From Parvibaculum sp. (GTDB taxonomy: Bacteria; Pseudomonadota; Alphaproteobacteria; Parvibaculales; Parvibaculaceae), in contig JAVKCY010000022.1 in assembly GCA_040223265.1 (NCBI GenBank), positions 47,171 through 111,170 on the forward strand: 64,000 bases of DNA, read 5' to 3'. A program made the translations under genes and the position numbers. The notes beneath the pieces are model-generated. The model saw only the letters and a program-made list of their open reading frames with translations, was not told the DNA's origin and ran no database searches. Position 1 is the first letter of the stretch, and the number at the start of each line of letters is the position of its first letter. Below are positions 43,387 through 54,636 of the stretch, piece after piece.

Positions 43387-44202
43387 TCACCCGGCGTCCG
43401 GGGGCGATGCAAGCACAACCGCTTGCGTGGATCGCCCGATCCGGCCATAGACGTCATAAATCTCGGCCTCCGTCACGCCCCGCCCATCGGGAAACCAGTC
43501 CGAGCGTGGCTTGACGCCAATCCATGGCCCGACCGGCAGCCGTGACAAATGCATCGCGAGGTCGGCATTGGGCCACCCGCCCGCTTCGGGCCGTGTGCCG
43601 CTTTCAACCACGGAGAAGACAGTCGAGAAATCAGCAAAACTCATGGTCGTGGCGAACGGTGTTTCATGCGCAAACAAAGGGTTTTTGGAGCGCACCCACA
43701 CGGTGCCATGTCCGTCGCGGCGAATGTCCACCGCATCGACATAGGTTGCAAGGCGATCCGTTATCGTAGGTTCCGCAAACCGCCAGGGAACCATGGGTTC
43801 AGGGTTAACCAGTATCTCCCGCGGTATATTACCATGCAGGCTTTCGCAGATATTACGCACCGGCCGACCGGCCTCCAAAGGTTTGAGAAAACTCATCGAC
43901 GCTTTGGCCTGCAATTTGCCGTTTGCCCATAATTCATTTTTGAAGACAGCAACCCGCGCACCTTCGCGTACCGCCGAGGGTCGCGTCTCGCAAGCAGTCA
44001 GCGGCGCGGGTCGAAGCAGATAGACCTGAGCGGAGATGGCGGACCCATGACCTTTCGCATAGGCCAGGCTCTCAAGCTCGCCCGTCAGAAGCCCGGAAAC
44101 AACGCCACCATGCAGGCCACCAAAAGGACCCATAGCCGGTGGCGCAGGATGCCATTCATTATTCTCTCGGGTGAAAAGTGGCTGTCTGGCGATTGAGTTC
44201 AT
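43387..44202 (-). CDS. TesB-like double hot-dog thioesterase
   Basis: GPFGGLHGGVVSGLL, FADF, WPNADL-x-MHLSRLP-x-GPWI; start uncertain. Confidence 0.75.
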   Translation of the reverse strand: MNSIARQPLFTRENNEWHPAPPAMGPFGGLHGGVVSGLLTGELESLAYAKGHGSAISAQVYLLRPAPLTACETRPSAVREGARVAVFKNELWANGKLQAKASMSFLKPLEAGRPVRNICESLHGNIPREILVNPEPMVPWRFAEPTITDRLATYVDAVDIRRDGHGTVWVRSKNPLFAHETPFATTMSFADFSTVFSVVESGTRPEAGGWPNADLAMHLSRLPVGPWIGVKPRSDWFPDGRGVTEAEIYDVYGRIGRSTQAVVLASPPDAG

Positions 44203-44363
44203 TTGTAACCCCACATGGAAAGCAAAACGGGAGGAGAAGAAGGCGCTCGCACGATAGTATGGACGGAGCACATGAGCGGGTAGAGCCATTGGGCAATCGC
44301 CAGGCGCCGATGGGTCTTGCACGACCCTCGTTGACGTAGAGAAATCGGAAGCAGATCAGATCG

Positions 44364-44960
44364 TTACAACAGCTCTTCCAGCTGACCCAGACGCTCTTTG
44401 CCAAAGAAGATCTCATCGCCCACGAAGAAAGTGGGTACACCAAATGTGCCGCGAGCGACGGCAGCTTCAGTATTCTCGATCAGTTTCTGTTTGACCTCAG
44501 CCTCCTGGGTGCGCGCGACCAGATGCGTACCCTTCAACCCGCCATCATTCAGTGCTTGAACCACGACATCCGGGTCATCCATTTTCAGCCCGTCTTCCCA
44601 CATGGCCTTCAGCACGACATCGATATATGTGTCCTTCACACCTTCCATCTCGGCGGCAATCAGACCCCGCATGATAAGAAGCGTGTTCACGGGAAAATGC
44701 GGGTTCATTTTAAACCGGGTTAGGCCATGTTTGGCGATGAACCGTTTCATCTCCAATTGCTCATATTCAGGTTTGCCTTTGATCTGCCCGAACGCAATCA
44801 TCGGTGGTTGATTGTTGGTCGCGCGGAAGACGCCCCCAAGCAGTGCAGGAACATAGGTGAAGGTAGCACCTTTGCGTTTGGCAATTTGTTTGACCACGTC
44901 ATGGCAGAGATAGGCGTTGGGGCTCGCAAAATCAAAAATGAAGTCGACAGTCTTTGTCAT
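44364..44960 (-). CDS. 2-hydroxychromene-2-carboxylate isomerase / kappa-class GST (DsbA fold)
   Basis: FIFDFASPNAYL, LLGGVF, NPHFPVNTL, GTFGVPTFFV, FFGKERL. Confidence 0.88.
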   Translation of the reverse strand: MTKTVDFIFDFASPNAYLCHDVVKQIAKRKGATFTYVPALLGGVFRATNNQPPMIAFGQIKGKPEYEQLEMKRFIAKHGLTRFKMNPHFPVNTLLIMRGLIAAEMEGVKDTYIDVVLKAMWEDGLKMDDPDVVVQALNDGGLKGTHLVARTQEAEVKQKLIENTEAAVARGTFGVPTFFVGDEIFFGKERLGQLEELL

Positions 44961-44993
44961 ATTGTCCTCGTACCGAATGTCTGATTGAAAGGG

Positions 44994-45722
44994 CTAAAAT
45001 TTTTCGGCCCAGGGGCGCAGATCAAGCTCATGCGTCCAGGCATCGCGTGGTTGTGTGTGAAGCCACCAATAGGCATCAGCGATATGGTTAGGGTTCAAAA
45101 TGCCATCATCCTTTTTGGTGGCGTAGCGATCCGGGAAATTTTCAGCGATCCATTGTGTATCAATCGCGCCATCAATGATCGAATGCGCAACATGAATGCC
45201 TTTGGGACCAAGCTCCCGTGCCATGCTCTGTGCGAGTGCGCGGAGCGCATGTTTGGCACCCGCAAAAGCGGAGAATCCAGCCCCGCCGCGCACACTGGCC
45301 GTGGCACCGGTAAAGATAATGGTGCCTCGCCCGCGCGCGCTCATTTTGCGCGCCGCTTCGCGCCCCATCAGGAAACCGGCAAAGGCCGCCATCTCCCACA
45401 CTTTGAAATAGACGCGCGCCGTCGTCTCCGTGACCGGAAAGTGGACGTTCGCCCCGATATTGAAAATCGCAACCTCAAGCGGGGCGATATCAGCTTCAAT
45501 CTTGTCGATCAGCGCGACCATTTGCTCTTCCTTGCGGGCGTCAGTGCCGAACGCATGGGCGATCCCACCCGCGGCTTTAATGTCATCCACCAATGGTTGA
45601 AGCTTGTCGGCGTTCCGCCGCACAACACAGGTCTCAAATCCCTCACAGGCAAAACGCCTGGCAATCGCACCGCCTGTTGCGTCGCCCGCGCCAATGACAA
45701 GGGCAGCACTTTTCCGGGTCAT
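44994..45722 (-). CDS. SDR-family oxidoreductase (FxxxK instead of YxxxK)
   Basis: IGAGDATGGAIA Rossmann motif, FTGATAS, AFAGAKHAL, IHVAH. Confidence 0.88.
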   Translation of the reverse strand: MTRKSAALVIGAGDATGGAIARRFACEGFETCVVRRNADKLQPLVDDIKAAGGIAHAFGTDARKEEQMVALIDKIEADIAPLEVAIFNIGANVHFPVTETTARVYFKVWEMAAFAGFLMGREAARKMSARGRGTIIFTGATASVRGGAGFSAFAGAKHALRALAQSMARELGPKGIHVAHSIIDGAIDTQWIAENFPDRYATKKDDGILNPNHIADAYWWLHTQPRDAWTHELDLRPWAEKF

Positions 45723-45740
45723 ATGTGACTCTCCTGAAAT

Positions 45741-45791
45741 AAGTTCCATTTTAGAACTTTAGGGGATAAGGTGGGTTCCAATATGGAACTT
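45741..45791. promoter_or_regulatory. two related 19-bp palindromic operators in the SDR/HxlR divergent promoter
   Basis: AAGTTCCATTTTAGAACTT (45741-59) and GGGTTCCAATATGGAACTT (45773-91). Confidence 0.65.
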
Positions 45792-45848
45792 GTCAATGTA
45801 TTTTCCTAAAAAGCGACAATGCGCAAACATGCATGAAGGAGAGATCTG

Positions 45849-46337
45849 GTGAGGTGGGATGAATTGGGGAGCGAAACCTGTTCGGTGGCGCGCACCCTCT
45901 CCGTTATTGGTGACCGGTGGACGCTGATGATCTTGCGCGATTGTTTCATGGGCGTGCGGCGCTTCGAGGCGTTTGAAGCGAGCCTCGGTATTACCCGTCA
46001 CGTGCTTTCAGATCGATTGCAAAAACTGGTGAGCGAAGATGTGCTGCGCAAGGAACCCTATGGCGAGGCGCCGGTGCGTTATCAGTACCGTCTGACGGAA
46101 AAAGGTTTTGACCTTTATCCCGTCATCATGTCGATCGTGTATTGGGGGGACAGTCATCAGGCAGATGCGCGCGGTGCGCCGATTATCCACCACCACAAAA
46201 CATGCGGACATCAGATGCACGGCACGCTTGTTTGTTCAGAATGCGGGGAGCCGTTGGATGCGCGCAGCGTTGAGGCTTTGCCGGGGCCAGGCTTTACCCG
46301 CCCCGCGCGAAAACCAAAAAGAGCTCGTCCCTCTTAA
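45849..46337 (+). CDS. HxlR-family winged-helix regulator
   Basis: [34 protein letters not shown]-terminal HHKTCG...CSECG. Confidence 0.9.
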   Translation: MRWDELGSETCSVARTLSVIGDRWTLMILRDCFMGVRRFEAFEASLGITRHVLSDRLQKLVSEDVLRKEPYGEAPVRYQYRLTEKGFDLYPVIMSIVYWGDSHQADARGAPIIHHHKTCGHQMHGTLVCSECGEPLDARSVEALPGPGFTRPARKPKRARPS

Positions 46338-47287
46338 AGCCCGTCAAACAACGCAGTGGAGAGATAGCGTTCCGCGAACGAGGGGATGATGACGACAATC
46401 GTCTTGCCTTCCATGCCCGGTTTTACGCCAAGCTCGATAGCGGCGGCAATGGCAGCGCCGGACGAAATACCAACGGGAATGCCTTCTTCTTTCGCCGCGC
46501 GGCGCGCCGTTTCAAAGGCTGTTTCATTGCCAATCGTGAGCACGTCATCTACCAGACCGCGCTCCAGATTGCCGGGAATGAAGCCTGCACCGATCCCTTG
46601 AATTTTGTGTGCACCGGGTGTTCCGCCTGAAAGGACAGGACTGTCTTCCGGCTCAACAGCGATCATTTTGAGAGACGGCTTTTTCTGTTTCAGCACAGAG
46701 CCAACGCCGGTAAAGGTGCCACCTGTCCCCACGCCGGAGATCACATAATCGACCGCACCATTTGTGTCGTTCCAAATTTCTTCCGCTGTCGTGCGACGAT
46801 GCACCTCCGGGTTCGCCGGATTGTCAAACTGCTGTGGGATGACGGCGTTGGGGAAAGTGGTGACAAGTTCTTCTGCGCGCGCAACCGCCCCCTTCATGCC
46901 CTGGTCGGCGGGTGTGAGATCAAGCTCAGCACCCAGCAGTGCAAGCATCTTGCGCCGTTCCATCGACATGCTTTCTGGCATGCAAAGGATCAGACGATAT
47001 CCTTTGGCGGCACAGACAAAGGCAAGTGCGATCCCTGTATTCCCTGATGTGGGTTCGACAATAACCGTATCCGGTGTAATCAGGCCGCGTTTCTCCAGAT
47101 CTTCAATCATGGCAACGCCAATCCGGTCTTTCACGCTCGCGAGAGGATTGAAAAACTCAAGCTTCAGCAGAATATCGGCTTTTACACCGCGTTCTTTTGC
47201 CAAGCGGTTCAGACGAACGAGCGGCGTATTGCCTACCGTCTCGGTGATATTGTTATAAATCCGGCCGCGCCCGATCTTTTCGCTCAT
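46334..47287 (-). CDS. cysK: cysteine synthase A
   Basis: [13 protein letters not shown] (PLP Lys), [32 protein letters not shown]. Confidence 0.96.
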   Translation of the reverse strand: MSEKIGRGRIYNNITETVGNTPLVRLNRLAKERGVKADILLKLEFFNPLASVKDRIGVAMIEDLEKRGLITPDTVIVEPTSGNTGIALAFVCAAKGYRLILCMPESMSMERRKMLALLGAELDLTPADQGMKGAVARAEELVTTFPNAVIPQQFDNPANPEVHRRTTAEEIWNDTNGAVDYVISGVGTGGTFTGVGSVLKQKKPSLKMIAVEPEDSPVLSGGTPGAHKIQGIGAGFIPGNLERGLVDDVLTIGNETAFETARRAAKEEGIPVGISSGAAIAAAIELGVKPGMEGKTIVVIIPSFAERYLSTALFDGL

Positions 47288-47372
47288 CTTCATCTCCCCT
47301 GCCAATTCATGTCTGTTCGTGCATGCAGACTGACTTTGTCAAATCATAGCGAACTTTGGAATATCAAGTCCC

Positions 47373-47822
47373 CTAAATGGTAAAATCAGCGTCCGGCTTG
47401 TCTTCACCATCCGCGCCGAGTTTGGTCGCCTCCAGACAAAGGTCTTCAACGCTTACCGCATCGAGCCGCTTCATCATCTCGCTCTGGATCTCATCCCACA
47501 TCGGCTCAATCACTTTCTCACCAAGGTCGGAGGGGACAGAGCGCGGCTCTTCAGCGATTTCCATCGCACCAACAATCCGCACAATATCGCCGACAGAGAT
47601 CCGGCGTCGCTCCCGTGCCAGACGGTATCCACCTTTGGGCCCGCGTACACCCTTCAGAATGCCCGCATGCACCAATTGCTGCATCACCTGCTCCAGATAG
47701 CGCTGGGGAATGCCCTGGCGTCGCGTAATGTCTTTGGACTGCACAGGATTGGGCCGTGCATTGACCGCAACATCAAGCACCGCCTCGAGTGCAAGCAATG
47801 TTTTCTTGGAAAGCCTCACCAT
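47373..47822 (-). CDS. Rrf2-family regulator lacking Fe-S cysteines (cysK-linked)
   Basis: YLEQVMQQL, GVRGPKGGYRLAR, ISVGDIV. Confidence 0.9.
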   Translation of the reverse strand: MVRLSKKTLLALEAVLDVAVNARPNPVQSKDITRRQGIPQRYLEQVMQQLVHAGILKGVRGPKGGYRLARERRRISVGDIVRIVGAMEIAEEPRSVPSDLGEKVIEPMWDEIQSEMMKRLDAVSVEDLCLEATKLGADGEDKPDADFTI

Positions 47823-47858
47823 TCTCTTCTCCCCATGTTCGTCAGCTCCCCATGCCCA

Positions 47859-48329
47859 TCAGCGCGTGCCGGTACCGGTTGAACCAAATCCACCTGCACC
47901 GCGCGCCGTCGTTGGCAAACTGTCGCACTCCTCAAACGTTGCGCGCGTCACCGGTGCAATCACCATTTGCGCAATGCGCATGCCGCGTGTAATGACAAAA
48001 TGCTCAGACCCGTGATTGATCAAAATGACTTTGATCTCGCCGCGATAGTCACAATCAATCGTGCCCGGCGAGTTAAGCGCAGTGATCCCGTTCTTCGCCG
48101 CAAGGCCTGACCGGGGCCGGATCTGCGCTTCAAACCCGAACGGCAGCGCGATCGCAAGGCCGGTCGGCACCATCTGGCGCTCACCTGGTGCAAGGTTGAG
48201 CGTTTCGCCCTCGCTAATTGCGGCCAGAAGATCAAGCCCGGCGGCACCGTCTGTCTCATATTGAGGGAGAGCAAGGTCTGCCCCATGGGGTAAACGCTGA
48301 ACCGAAACGGGCACTTCCTGGAAACTCAT
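47859..48329 (-). CDS. dut: dUTP diphosphatase
   Basis: [33 protein letters not shown]. Confidence 0.97.
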   Translation of the reverse strand: MSFQEVPVSVQRLPHGADLALPQYETDGAAGLDLLAAISEGETLNLAPGERQMVPTGLAIALPFGFEAQIRPRSGLAAKNGITALNSPGTIDCDYRGEIKVILINHGSEHFVITRGMRIAQMVIAPVTRATFEECDSLPTTARGAGGFGSTGTGTR

Positions 48330-49558
48330 GTCCTATCCTTATGATTGAAATGATCGGCGATGCGCGCCGCAAGCCGTCCGGCAACATCAAGCTTGGAAAG
48401 CTCAGGCCAGTCTTCATGGGTTGCAGCGGAGATGAGGTGAACCGTATTTTTGTCCCCACCCATTATGCCGGTTGCGGGTGAAACATCATTGGCGACAATC
48501 CAGTCGCACCCTTTGCGGGTCCGTTTCGCGCGAGCATAGTCCAGAACATTTTCTGTCTCGGCGGCAAAACCCACAACAAGCGATGGTCGCTGTGTTGCGT
48601 GATGGGAAATCGTTTTCAAGATGTCAGGGTTCTCAACCAGCGCAAGCGACGGCGGACCGCCACCATTTTTTTTCATCTTCTGCTGCCCCGCCTGGTTAAC
48701 GCGCCAATCGGCGACGGCAGCGGCAAAAACCCCGATGTCGCTGGGAAGCGCCGCATGGCATGCGTCCAGCATTTCGCGCGCGCTCTCCACATGCACGGTC
48801 TTTACGCCCTGCGGGTCAGGCTGACTGCACGGGCCTGCAATGAGCGTGACATCAGCGCCGAGCGCCGCAAGCGCTGCCGCAATGGCGTGTCCCTGCTTGC
48901 CCGAAGACCGGTTGGCGATATAGCGCACAGGATCAATGGGTTCATGTGTCGGACCGGAGGTGACGAGCGCCTTGCGCCCCGTTAGGGGGCGTGCGGCGGG
49001 GGATACCAGGAGTGTTTCAACAGCACTGAGGATTTCAAGCGGCTCCGCCATGCGCCCTGGGCCATATTCCCCACACGCCATATCCCCATCATTGGGGCCA
49101 ACAAACTGAATACCGTCCGCGCGAAGCGTTGCTATATTGCGCTGCGTGGCGGCGTGCGTCCACATGCGCACATTCATCGCCGGGGCAATCAGCACGGGCT
49201 TGTCCGTTGCCAGCAATGCGGTGGTCGCAAGATCATTTGCCAGACCAGACGCCATCTTCGCCATCAGGTCTGCGGTGGCGGGCGCAACCACCAGAAGGTC
49301 AGCATCGCGCGACAATTGGATGTGCCCCATCTCAGCTTCCTGCGTGAGATCAAAGAGGGAGCGGTAAACAATCTCACCTGTCAGGCTCGACACGGACAGG
49401 GGTGTGACAAACTCTTCAGCCGCCTGGGTCATGATCGCACGCACCCTCGCCCCGCGCTCTTTCAACCGGCGAATAAGTTCCAGGCATTTATAGGCGGCGA
49501 TCCCACCCCCAATGATGAGGAGAACGCGCTTGCCGCCGAGACTTTGTGGCACACCCAT
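48326..49558 (-). CDS. coaBC: bifunctional CoaBC
   Basis: [54 protein letters not shown]. Confidence 0.96.
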   Translation of the reverse strand: MGVPQSLGGKRVLLIIGGGIAAYKCLELIRRLKERGARVRAIMTQAAEEFVTPLSVSSLTGEIVYRSLFDLTQEAEMGHIQLSRDADLLVVAPATADLMAKMASGLANDLATTALLATDKPVLIAPAMNVRMWTHAATQRNIATLRADGIQFVGPNDGDMACGEYGPGRMAEPLEILSAVETLLVSPAARPLTGRKALVTSGPTHEPIDPVRYIANRSSGKQGHAIAAALAALGADVTLIAGPCSQPDPQGVKTVHVESAREMLDACHAALPSDIGVFAAAVADWRVNQAGQQKMKKNGGGPPSLALVENPDILKTISHHATQRPSLVVGFAAETENVLDYARAKRTRKGCDWIVANDVSPATGIMGGDKNTVHLISAATHEDWPELSKLDVAGRLAARIADHFNHKDRT

Positions 49559-49717
49559 CTATTCCAAACTCCTTCAAAGCTACCTGAGCGAGCCCCCAAA
49601 CAGGTCGGAGGATCTGCATTTCATGCAGCTTGTAAGGGGAATATATAATGTTTCACGCGTGAATTGTGTAGTTATAACTGCAAACGCAGATAATTGTCGC
49701 AAAATCGGCTTAAAACC

Positions 49718-51367
49718 TCAGCCGATCCGGGCGATGGCAACCACAAGCAGGGAGAGCGCGCCGACCCAAAGCGCAATCCGCGACCAGCGGCGGCTTGCTT
49801 TTTCAGCAAGGGCAAGGTCACGGACGGTCTGCGGGTGGAGGCGGAAACCGTCCTCATCAATATTGTCGGAGATCGCGCGCGCGGCTTTTTCGGCCCGCTC
49901 CAGAAAGTCCGGCAGGTGAGAGAGAACGCGGCCCAGCGCGACGGCACCATCCGCCGCTTCTTGAATGCGTCCTTCCGGGCCAAATTTTTCGGCAATCCAG
50001 GCAGCAAGGACGGGCTCCGCGCTTTCCCAGATATTGTGTTCAGGATCGAAATCACGCGCGACCCCTTCCACCACGACCATTGTCTTTTGCAGCAGAATAA
50101 GCTCAGGCCGCGTTGCCATTTCAAACTGGTCGGTCACCAGGAAAAGTTGTGCAAGGAGCCGCCCCATGGACACGTCTTTTGCGGTCTTGCCAAAAATGGG
50201 CTCACCAATGGAGCGCAGTGCCTGCGCAAAATTGTCAACGCTCTTGTCAGCGGGCACATAGCCCGCTTCGAAATGAACTTCGGCGACACGCCGATAATCG
50301 CGCCGCACAAACCCGAACAGAATTTCAGCAAGAAACCGCCTGGAGCGCTGATCAAGACGACCCATAATGCCAAAATCAACCGCAATGAGTGTGCCCCCTT
50401 CACCAATGAAGAGATTGCCCTGATGCATGTCGGCATGAAAGAACCCGTCACGCAGCGCATGGGTGAGGAAGGTCTGGATCACCCGCGTGCCAAGCGCCTT
50501 CATATCATGACCCGCCGCCACCAGCGCATCGCGGTCTCCGGCGGGAATACCGTCCACCCATTCAAGTGTCATGACCCTGCGGGACGTGCGAAGCCAGTCA
50601 ATCTCCGGCACACGGAAGTCGGCATCATGTGCAACATTTTCCGCCATCTCGGACATGGCGGCGGCCTCAAGCCGCAAATCCATTTCAAGTGCAACACTGT
50701 CGGCAAGTGTTTGGACCACCTGCATCGGGCGAAGCCGTCTGGCGGCGGGGTTCAGTTTTTCCGCAAGCTCCGCAACCCAGAAAAAACTATCAAGGTCGCG
50801 GGCAAACCTTTCTTCAACGCCAGGGCGCAAGACTTTCACCGCAACGTCGCGTGTTGTGATCGTGTGATCTGCACATGTTGTTTCATCCGCGATGGCAATT
50901 TTTGCTTTATGCACTTGCGCGATGGAGGCTGCCGCAATTGGTTCGCTGAACTCCAGATAGAGGGAGGAGACGGGTGCGCCGAGCTCGCTTTCGATAATGG
51001 CTTCCGCCGCCTGCTTGCCAAACGGCGGCAGGCGATCACGAAGGGCAGCCAGATCACCCGCAAGCTCCGGCCCGATAATGTCAGACCGTGTTGCCAGAAA
51101 TTGACCAAGCTTGATGTAGGAGGGCCCGAGCGTTTCAAGCGCGGTGGAAAGACGCTGAACAATATCACCGCTCGCATCGCCCTTTGGTTCCCTCCCTTTC
51201 GGCTCCCATGGCAGACGGATGGAGGCAAGGGTGCGTCCCACTTTCACAAAGCCTGGCACATCTTCTTCAAACTCAGGCGGAAACAACGCGTCGTATCGCG
51301 TCATGATCCGGCCTGCACGGACGAGCAGCGAAATATTGCGCAACGATCTGATGGAGGATCTGAACAT
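49718..51367 (-). CDS. ubiB: ubiquinone biosynthesis kinase-like protein UbiB
   Basis: LGPSYIKLGQ, AASIAQVH, AVKVLRP, FFHADMHQGN, DFGIMG. Confidence 0.96.
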   Translation of the reverse strand: MFRSSIRSLRNISLLVRAGRIMTRYDALFPPEFEEDVPGFVKVGRTLASIRLPWEPKGREPKGDASGDIVQRLSTALETLGPSYIKLGQFLATRSDIIGPELAGDLAALRDRLPPFGKQAAEAIIESELGAPVSSLYLEFSEPIAAASIAQVHKAKIAIADETTCADHTITTRDVAVKVLRPGVEERFARDLDSFFWVAELAEKLNPAARRLRPMQVVQTLADSVALEMDLRLEAAAMSEMAENVAHDADFRVPEIDWLRTSRRVMTLEWVDGIPAGDRDALVAAGHDMKALGTRVIQTFLTHALRDGFFHADMHQGNLFIGEGGTLIAVDFGIMGRLDQRSRRFLAEILFGFVRRDYRRVAEVHFEAGYVPADKSVDNFAQALRSIGEPIFGKTAKDVSMGRLLAQLFLVTDQFEMATRPELILLQKTMVVVEGVARDFDPEHNIWESAEPVLAAWIAEKFGPEGRIQEAADGAVALGRVLSHLPDFLERAEKAARAISDNIDEDGFRLHPQTVRDLALAEKASRRWSRIALWVGALSLLVVAIARIG

Positions 51368-51372
51368 CGCGC

Positions 51373-52167
51373 CTAGATCCGCCAGCCGGAATGGAGTGCG
51401 GCAATGCCACCGGTCAGGTTTTGGTATTGCACCCGTTCAAAGCCGGCCTCTTCGATCATGCTTTTGAATTGTTCCTGACGCGGGAACTGCCGGATGCTCT
51501 CCACCAGATATTGATAAGGCTGTGCATCGCCGGTGACCGCCTTGCCAATCGGCGGAATGGCGGTGAAAGAATACGCATCATAAAGGCGTTGCGCTTCAGG
51601 CAGCACCATGTGCGAAAATTCAAGCACAAGAAACCGCGAACCCGGTTTCAATACCCGGTAGGCATCGCGAAGCGCCTTGTCGATCCGTGTCACATTGCGA
51701 ATACCAAACGCGATGGTATAGGCGTTGAAAGATTGATCGGGAAAAGGGAGCGTTTCCGCATCGCCGCAGGCAAACTCGGTCCGGCCTGCATAGCCAAGAC
51801 TCAAAGCGCGTGATCGGCCGACGTCAAGCATATGCTCATTGATATCGCAGACAGTGACCTGAGACCCCGTACCCGCGCGGTCAAGAGCCCGGAATGCAAT
51901 ATCCCCGGTGCCACCCGCCACATCGATCAAGTGCCATGGTCTGTCCGTGCGCGGTGGATTGAGCTTGTCAATCATCACCTGCTTCCAGGCGCGGTGGAGA
52001 CCCATCGACATGAGGTCATTCATCAGGTCGTAGCGACTGGCAACCTTCTCGAACACAGAGTGAACAAGACGCGCCTTTTCCTCTTCAGCCACCGTCTGGA
52101 AGCCGAAATGAGTGGTGCCTGCTGCCTTTTCCTGGGTCGGCCCGTCTGTCTTTGTCTTGGTGGTCAT
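51373..52167 (-). CDS. ubiE: ubiquinone/menaquinone C-methyltransferase UbiE
   Basis: [17 protein letters not shown]-x-GLHR-x-WK, [16 protein letters not shown]. Confidence 0.96.
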   Translation of the reverse strand: MTTKTKTDGPTQEKAAGTTHFGFQTVAEEEKARLVHSVFEKVASRYDLMNDLMSMGLHRAWKQVMIDKLNPPRTDRPWHLIDVAGGTGDIAFRALDRAGTGSQVTVCDINEHMLDVGRSRALSLGYAGRTEFACGDAETLPFPDQSFNAYTIAFGIRNVTRIDKALRDAYRVLKPGSRFLVLEFSHMVLPEAQRLYDAYSFTAIPPIGKAVTGDAQPYQYLVESIRQFPRQEQFKSMIEEAGFERVQYQNLTGGIAALHSGWRI

Positions 52168-52312
52168 GACACCTAATATCTTTAACTCGTTCTCGCGGAC
52201 CATAGCGGAAGCCGCAGAACCGCGCTACTTTGCAGGCATTATTCTTAATGTGCCCTTTCGCCGCGTGTGACGGGTGCCCTTTCACCCATCCGCTCCAATC
52301 AGACGAGCCATC

Positions 52313-53212
52313 ATGCCTGAATTACCTGAAGTCGAAACAGTGCGCCGGTGCCTGGCCCCTTCCATGGAGGGGCGCCGTCTGGTGAAGGTTGAGGCAAAGC
52401 GACCTGATTTGCGCTTCCCGCTCCCCGCCAACTTCGCAAAACGGCTGACCGGACGCACGGTGACGGGCTTGGGGCGGCGCGCCAAGTACCTCCTCATTCA
52501 TCTCGACGATGGCATGACGCTCTTGGCTCATCTGGGCATGTCCGGCCGCTTTACCATTTGCCCGCCCGCAGGGGCGTTAAACGTGCCGGGTGCCTTTACC
52601 CATGAAGGCGGCAAGCCCGCACCCGATGGAACGGGAAAACATGACCACATTATTTTTCACATGGAAGAAGGCACACGCATTGTCTATTCCGATCATCGCC
52701 GCTTTGGTTATATGGACCTGATTGCAGATGCTGATCTGGCGACATCCAAACATTTGGCAAACCTCGGGCCTGAGCCCGTGGGCAATGCCTTTTCAGCGGA
52801 ACTTCTGGCGGAAGCGCTCAGGGGCAAAAAATCGCCGATCAAATCAGCGCTCCTCGACCAGCGGCTCGTTGCAGGGCTCGGCAATATCTACGTCTGCGAG
52901 GCGTTGTTTCGTGCAAGCCTATCCCCCAAACGCGCAGCGTCAAGTGTTGCCGGCAAAGGCCCGAAACCCGCATTGCGGGCGGAGCGTCTTGCCGAAGCTA
53001 TTCGCGATGTTATTTCAGAAGCGATTGAAGCAGGAGGCTCCACCTTGCGAGACTATGCGCAAGCTGACGGCGAACTGGGTTATTTCCAGCATACATTTCG
53101 CGTCTATGGACGTGAAGGAGAGGCTTGTTTAACCAAGGGCTGCACCGCTAGTGTGGCGCGCATCGTGCAGTCAGGCCGCTCAAGCTTCTATTGTCCGTCC
53201 TGTCAGCGTTGA
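52313..53212 (+). CDS. mutM: formamidopyrimidine-DNA glycosylase
   Basis: [24 protein letters not shown], zinc finger ...FYCPSCQ. Confidence 0.97.
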   Translation: MPELPEVETVRRCLAPSMEGRRLVKVEAKRPDLRFPLPANFAKRLTGRTVTGLGRRAKYLLIHLDDGMTLLAHLGMSGRFTICPPAGALNVPGAFTHEGGKPAPDGTGKHDHIIFHMEEGTRIVYSDHRRFGYMDLIADADLATSKHLANLGPEPVGNAFSAELLAEALRGKKSPIKSALLDQRLVAGLGNIYVCEALFRASLSPKRAASSVAGKGPKPALRAERLAEAIRDVISEAIEAGGSTLRDYAQADGELGYFQHTFRVYGREGEACLTKGCTASVARIVQSGRSSFYCPSCQR

Positions 53213-53288
53213 GGGAAGCCTTCAAGGCCTTGCGTCCTGCACAAGGAACTTGCACAAGAATGCAGTCAAAAACAGAAAGGCATAATTC

Positions 53289-54062
53289 ATGGCATATCAG
53301 ACAATCCGCATCGAGGAACGTGGCCGTGTGGGCGTCATCACACTGGACCGTCCCGACGCGTTGAATGCTCTCAACAATCAGCTGGTGGGCGAACTGATAG
53401 AAGCTGTGTCGGCTTATGACCTGAACGAAGAGATCGGCTGCATCATTATTACGGGCTCGCAAAAGGCATTTGCCGCAGGCGCCGACATTAAAGAGATGGC
53501 ACCCAAATCCTATATGGATGTCTACAAGGAAGACCTGTTTGCGAACGCGGGCGCGATTGCGGAATGTCGCACGCCGTTGATTGCAGCGGTCGCAGGCTAT
53601 GCGCTGGGTGGTGGCTGCGAACTTGCTATGATGTGCGACTTTATTCTGGCGGCAGACAATGCCCGCTTCGGCCAGCCTGAGATCAATCTGGGTGTTATTC
53701 CGGGCATTGGCGGCACCCAGCGCCTGACCCGCGCCATCGGCAAGGCAAAGGCCATGGAAATGTGCCTCACCGGTCGTATGATGGACGCGGCGGAGGCTGA
53801 AAGTGCGGGCCTTGTAAGCCGCATCGTTCCCAAGGACCAGCTGCTGGAAGAAGCATTGAAAGTGGCGGAGACGATTGCCGAAAAGTCCCTGCCGGTCGCC
53901 ATTATGGCCAAGGAAGCCGTGAACCGCTCTTTTGAGTTGACCCTGACAGAAGGGGTGCGTTTTGAACGCCGCGCCTTCCATTCGCTCTTTGCGACCGACG
54001 ACCAGAAAGAGGGTATGGCCGCTTTTGTTGAAAAACGGGCAGCGCAGTTCAAAAATCGCTGA
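53289..54062 (+). CDS. enoyl-CoA hydratase
   Basis: [26 protein letters not shown]; conserved mutM-ech-rpsT order. Confidence 0.93.
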   Translation: MAYQTIRIEERGRVGVITLDRPDALNALNNQLVGELIEAVSAYDLNEEIGCIIITGSQKAFAAGADIKEMAPKSYMDVYKEDLFANAGAIAECRTPLIAAVAGYALGGGCELAMMCDFILAADNARFGQPEINLGVIPGIGGTQRLTRAIGKAKAMEMCLTGRMMDAAEAESAGLVSRIVPKDQLLEEALKVAETIAEKSLPVAIMAKEAVNRSFELTLTEGVRFERRAFHSLFATDDQKEGMAAFVEKRAAQFKNR

Positions 54063-54213
54063 TCAGGGCCGAATGGGATCGGACCGAGGCTTGCCGGCAT
54101 CAAACCCGCCTAAAACTGCGCAAAATGGGGCGCGAAGGGCCCTGTTTGAGCGGAAGTTGCTGCCAGGCCGCGTCACGCCCGGCAAACATGTGGAAAAGCC
54201 TGCAATTGCCCGG

Positions 54214-54242
54214 TTGACGGGCCTTTGTGGCGCGAGTATAAC
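54214..54242 (+). promoter_or_regulatory. sigma70 promoter of rpsT
   Basis: TTGACG-N17-TATAAC. Confidence 0.75.
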
Positions 54243-54369
54243 GCCCGCTCTTTCACGGGTTCGCCGCGAACGTTCTTGCGTTCGTGCGCGTCTGCTGAAA
54301 ATCCAGTTCACGAATGGCTGAAGTGAGGCACCCCGCCCGCCTTGGCCGCTGCAAGAAACGGACATATCG

Positions 54370-54636
54370 ATGGCCAACACAAAGTCGGCAAAGAAAGCGA
54401 TCCGCAAGATGGAGCGTCGCACGGCAGTCAACAAGAACCGCCGGAGCCGTATGCGTTCTTTCGTGCGCAAGGTTGAAGAAGCCATTGCGAGCGGTGACAG
54501 CTCAGCTGCAAGCGACGCCCTGAAGGCAGTTCAGCCGGAAATCATGCGCGCCGCCCAAAAGGGTGTGCTGCACAAAAATACAGCGTCGCGGAAAGTGTCT
54601 CGTCTGACACAGCGCGTAAAGGCGCTCAGCGCTTAA
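54370..54636 (+). CDS. rpsT: 30S ribosomal protein S20
   Basis: [25 protein letters not shown]. Confidence 0.98.
   Translation: MANTKSAKKAIRKMERRTAVNKNRRSRMRSFVRKVEEAIASGDSSAASDALKAVQPEIMRAAQKGVLHKNTASRKVSRLTQRVKALSA

Noticed and set aside
44281-44292. possible remnant of the palindromic element (11-nt match to 36293-36303 on the reverse strand)
   Set aside because: Too short to distinguish from chance.
49694-51376. 560-aa antisense ORF spanning ubiB
   Set aside because: It is codon-aligned with ubiB on the opposite strand, the usual shadow ORF when TTA/CTA/TCA codons are rare; no recognisable motifs.
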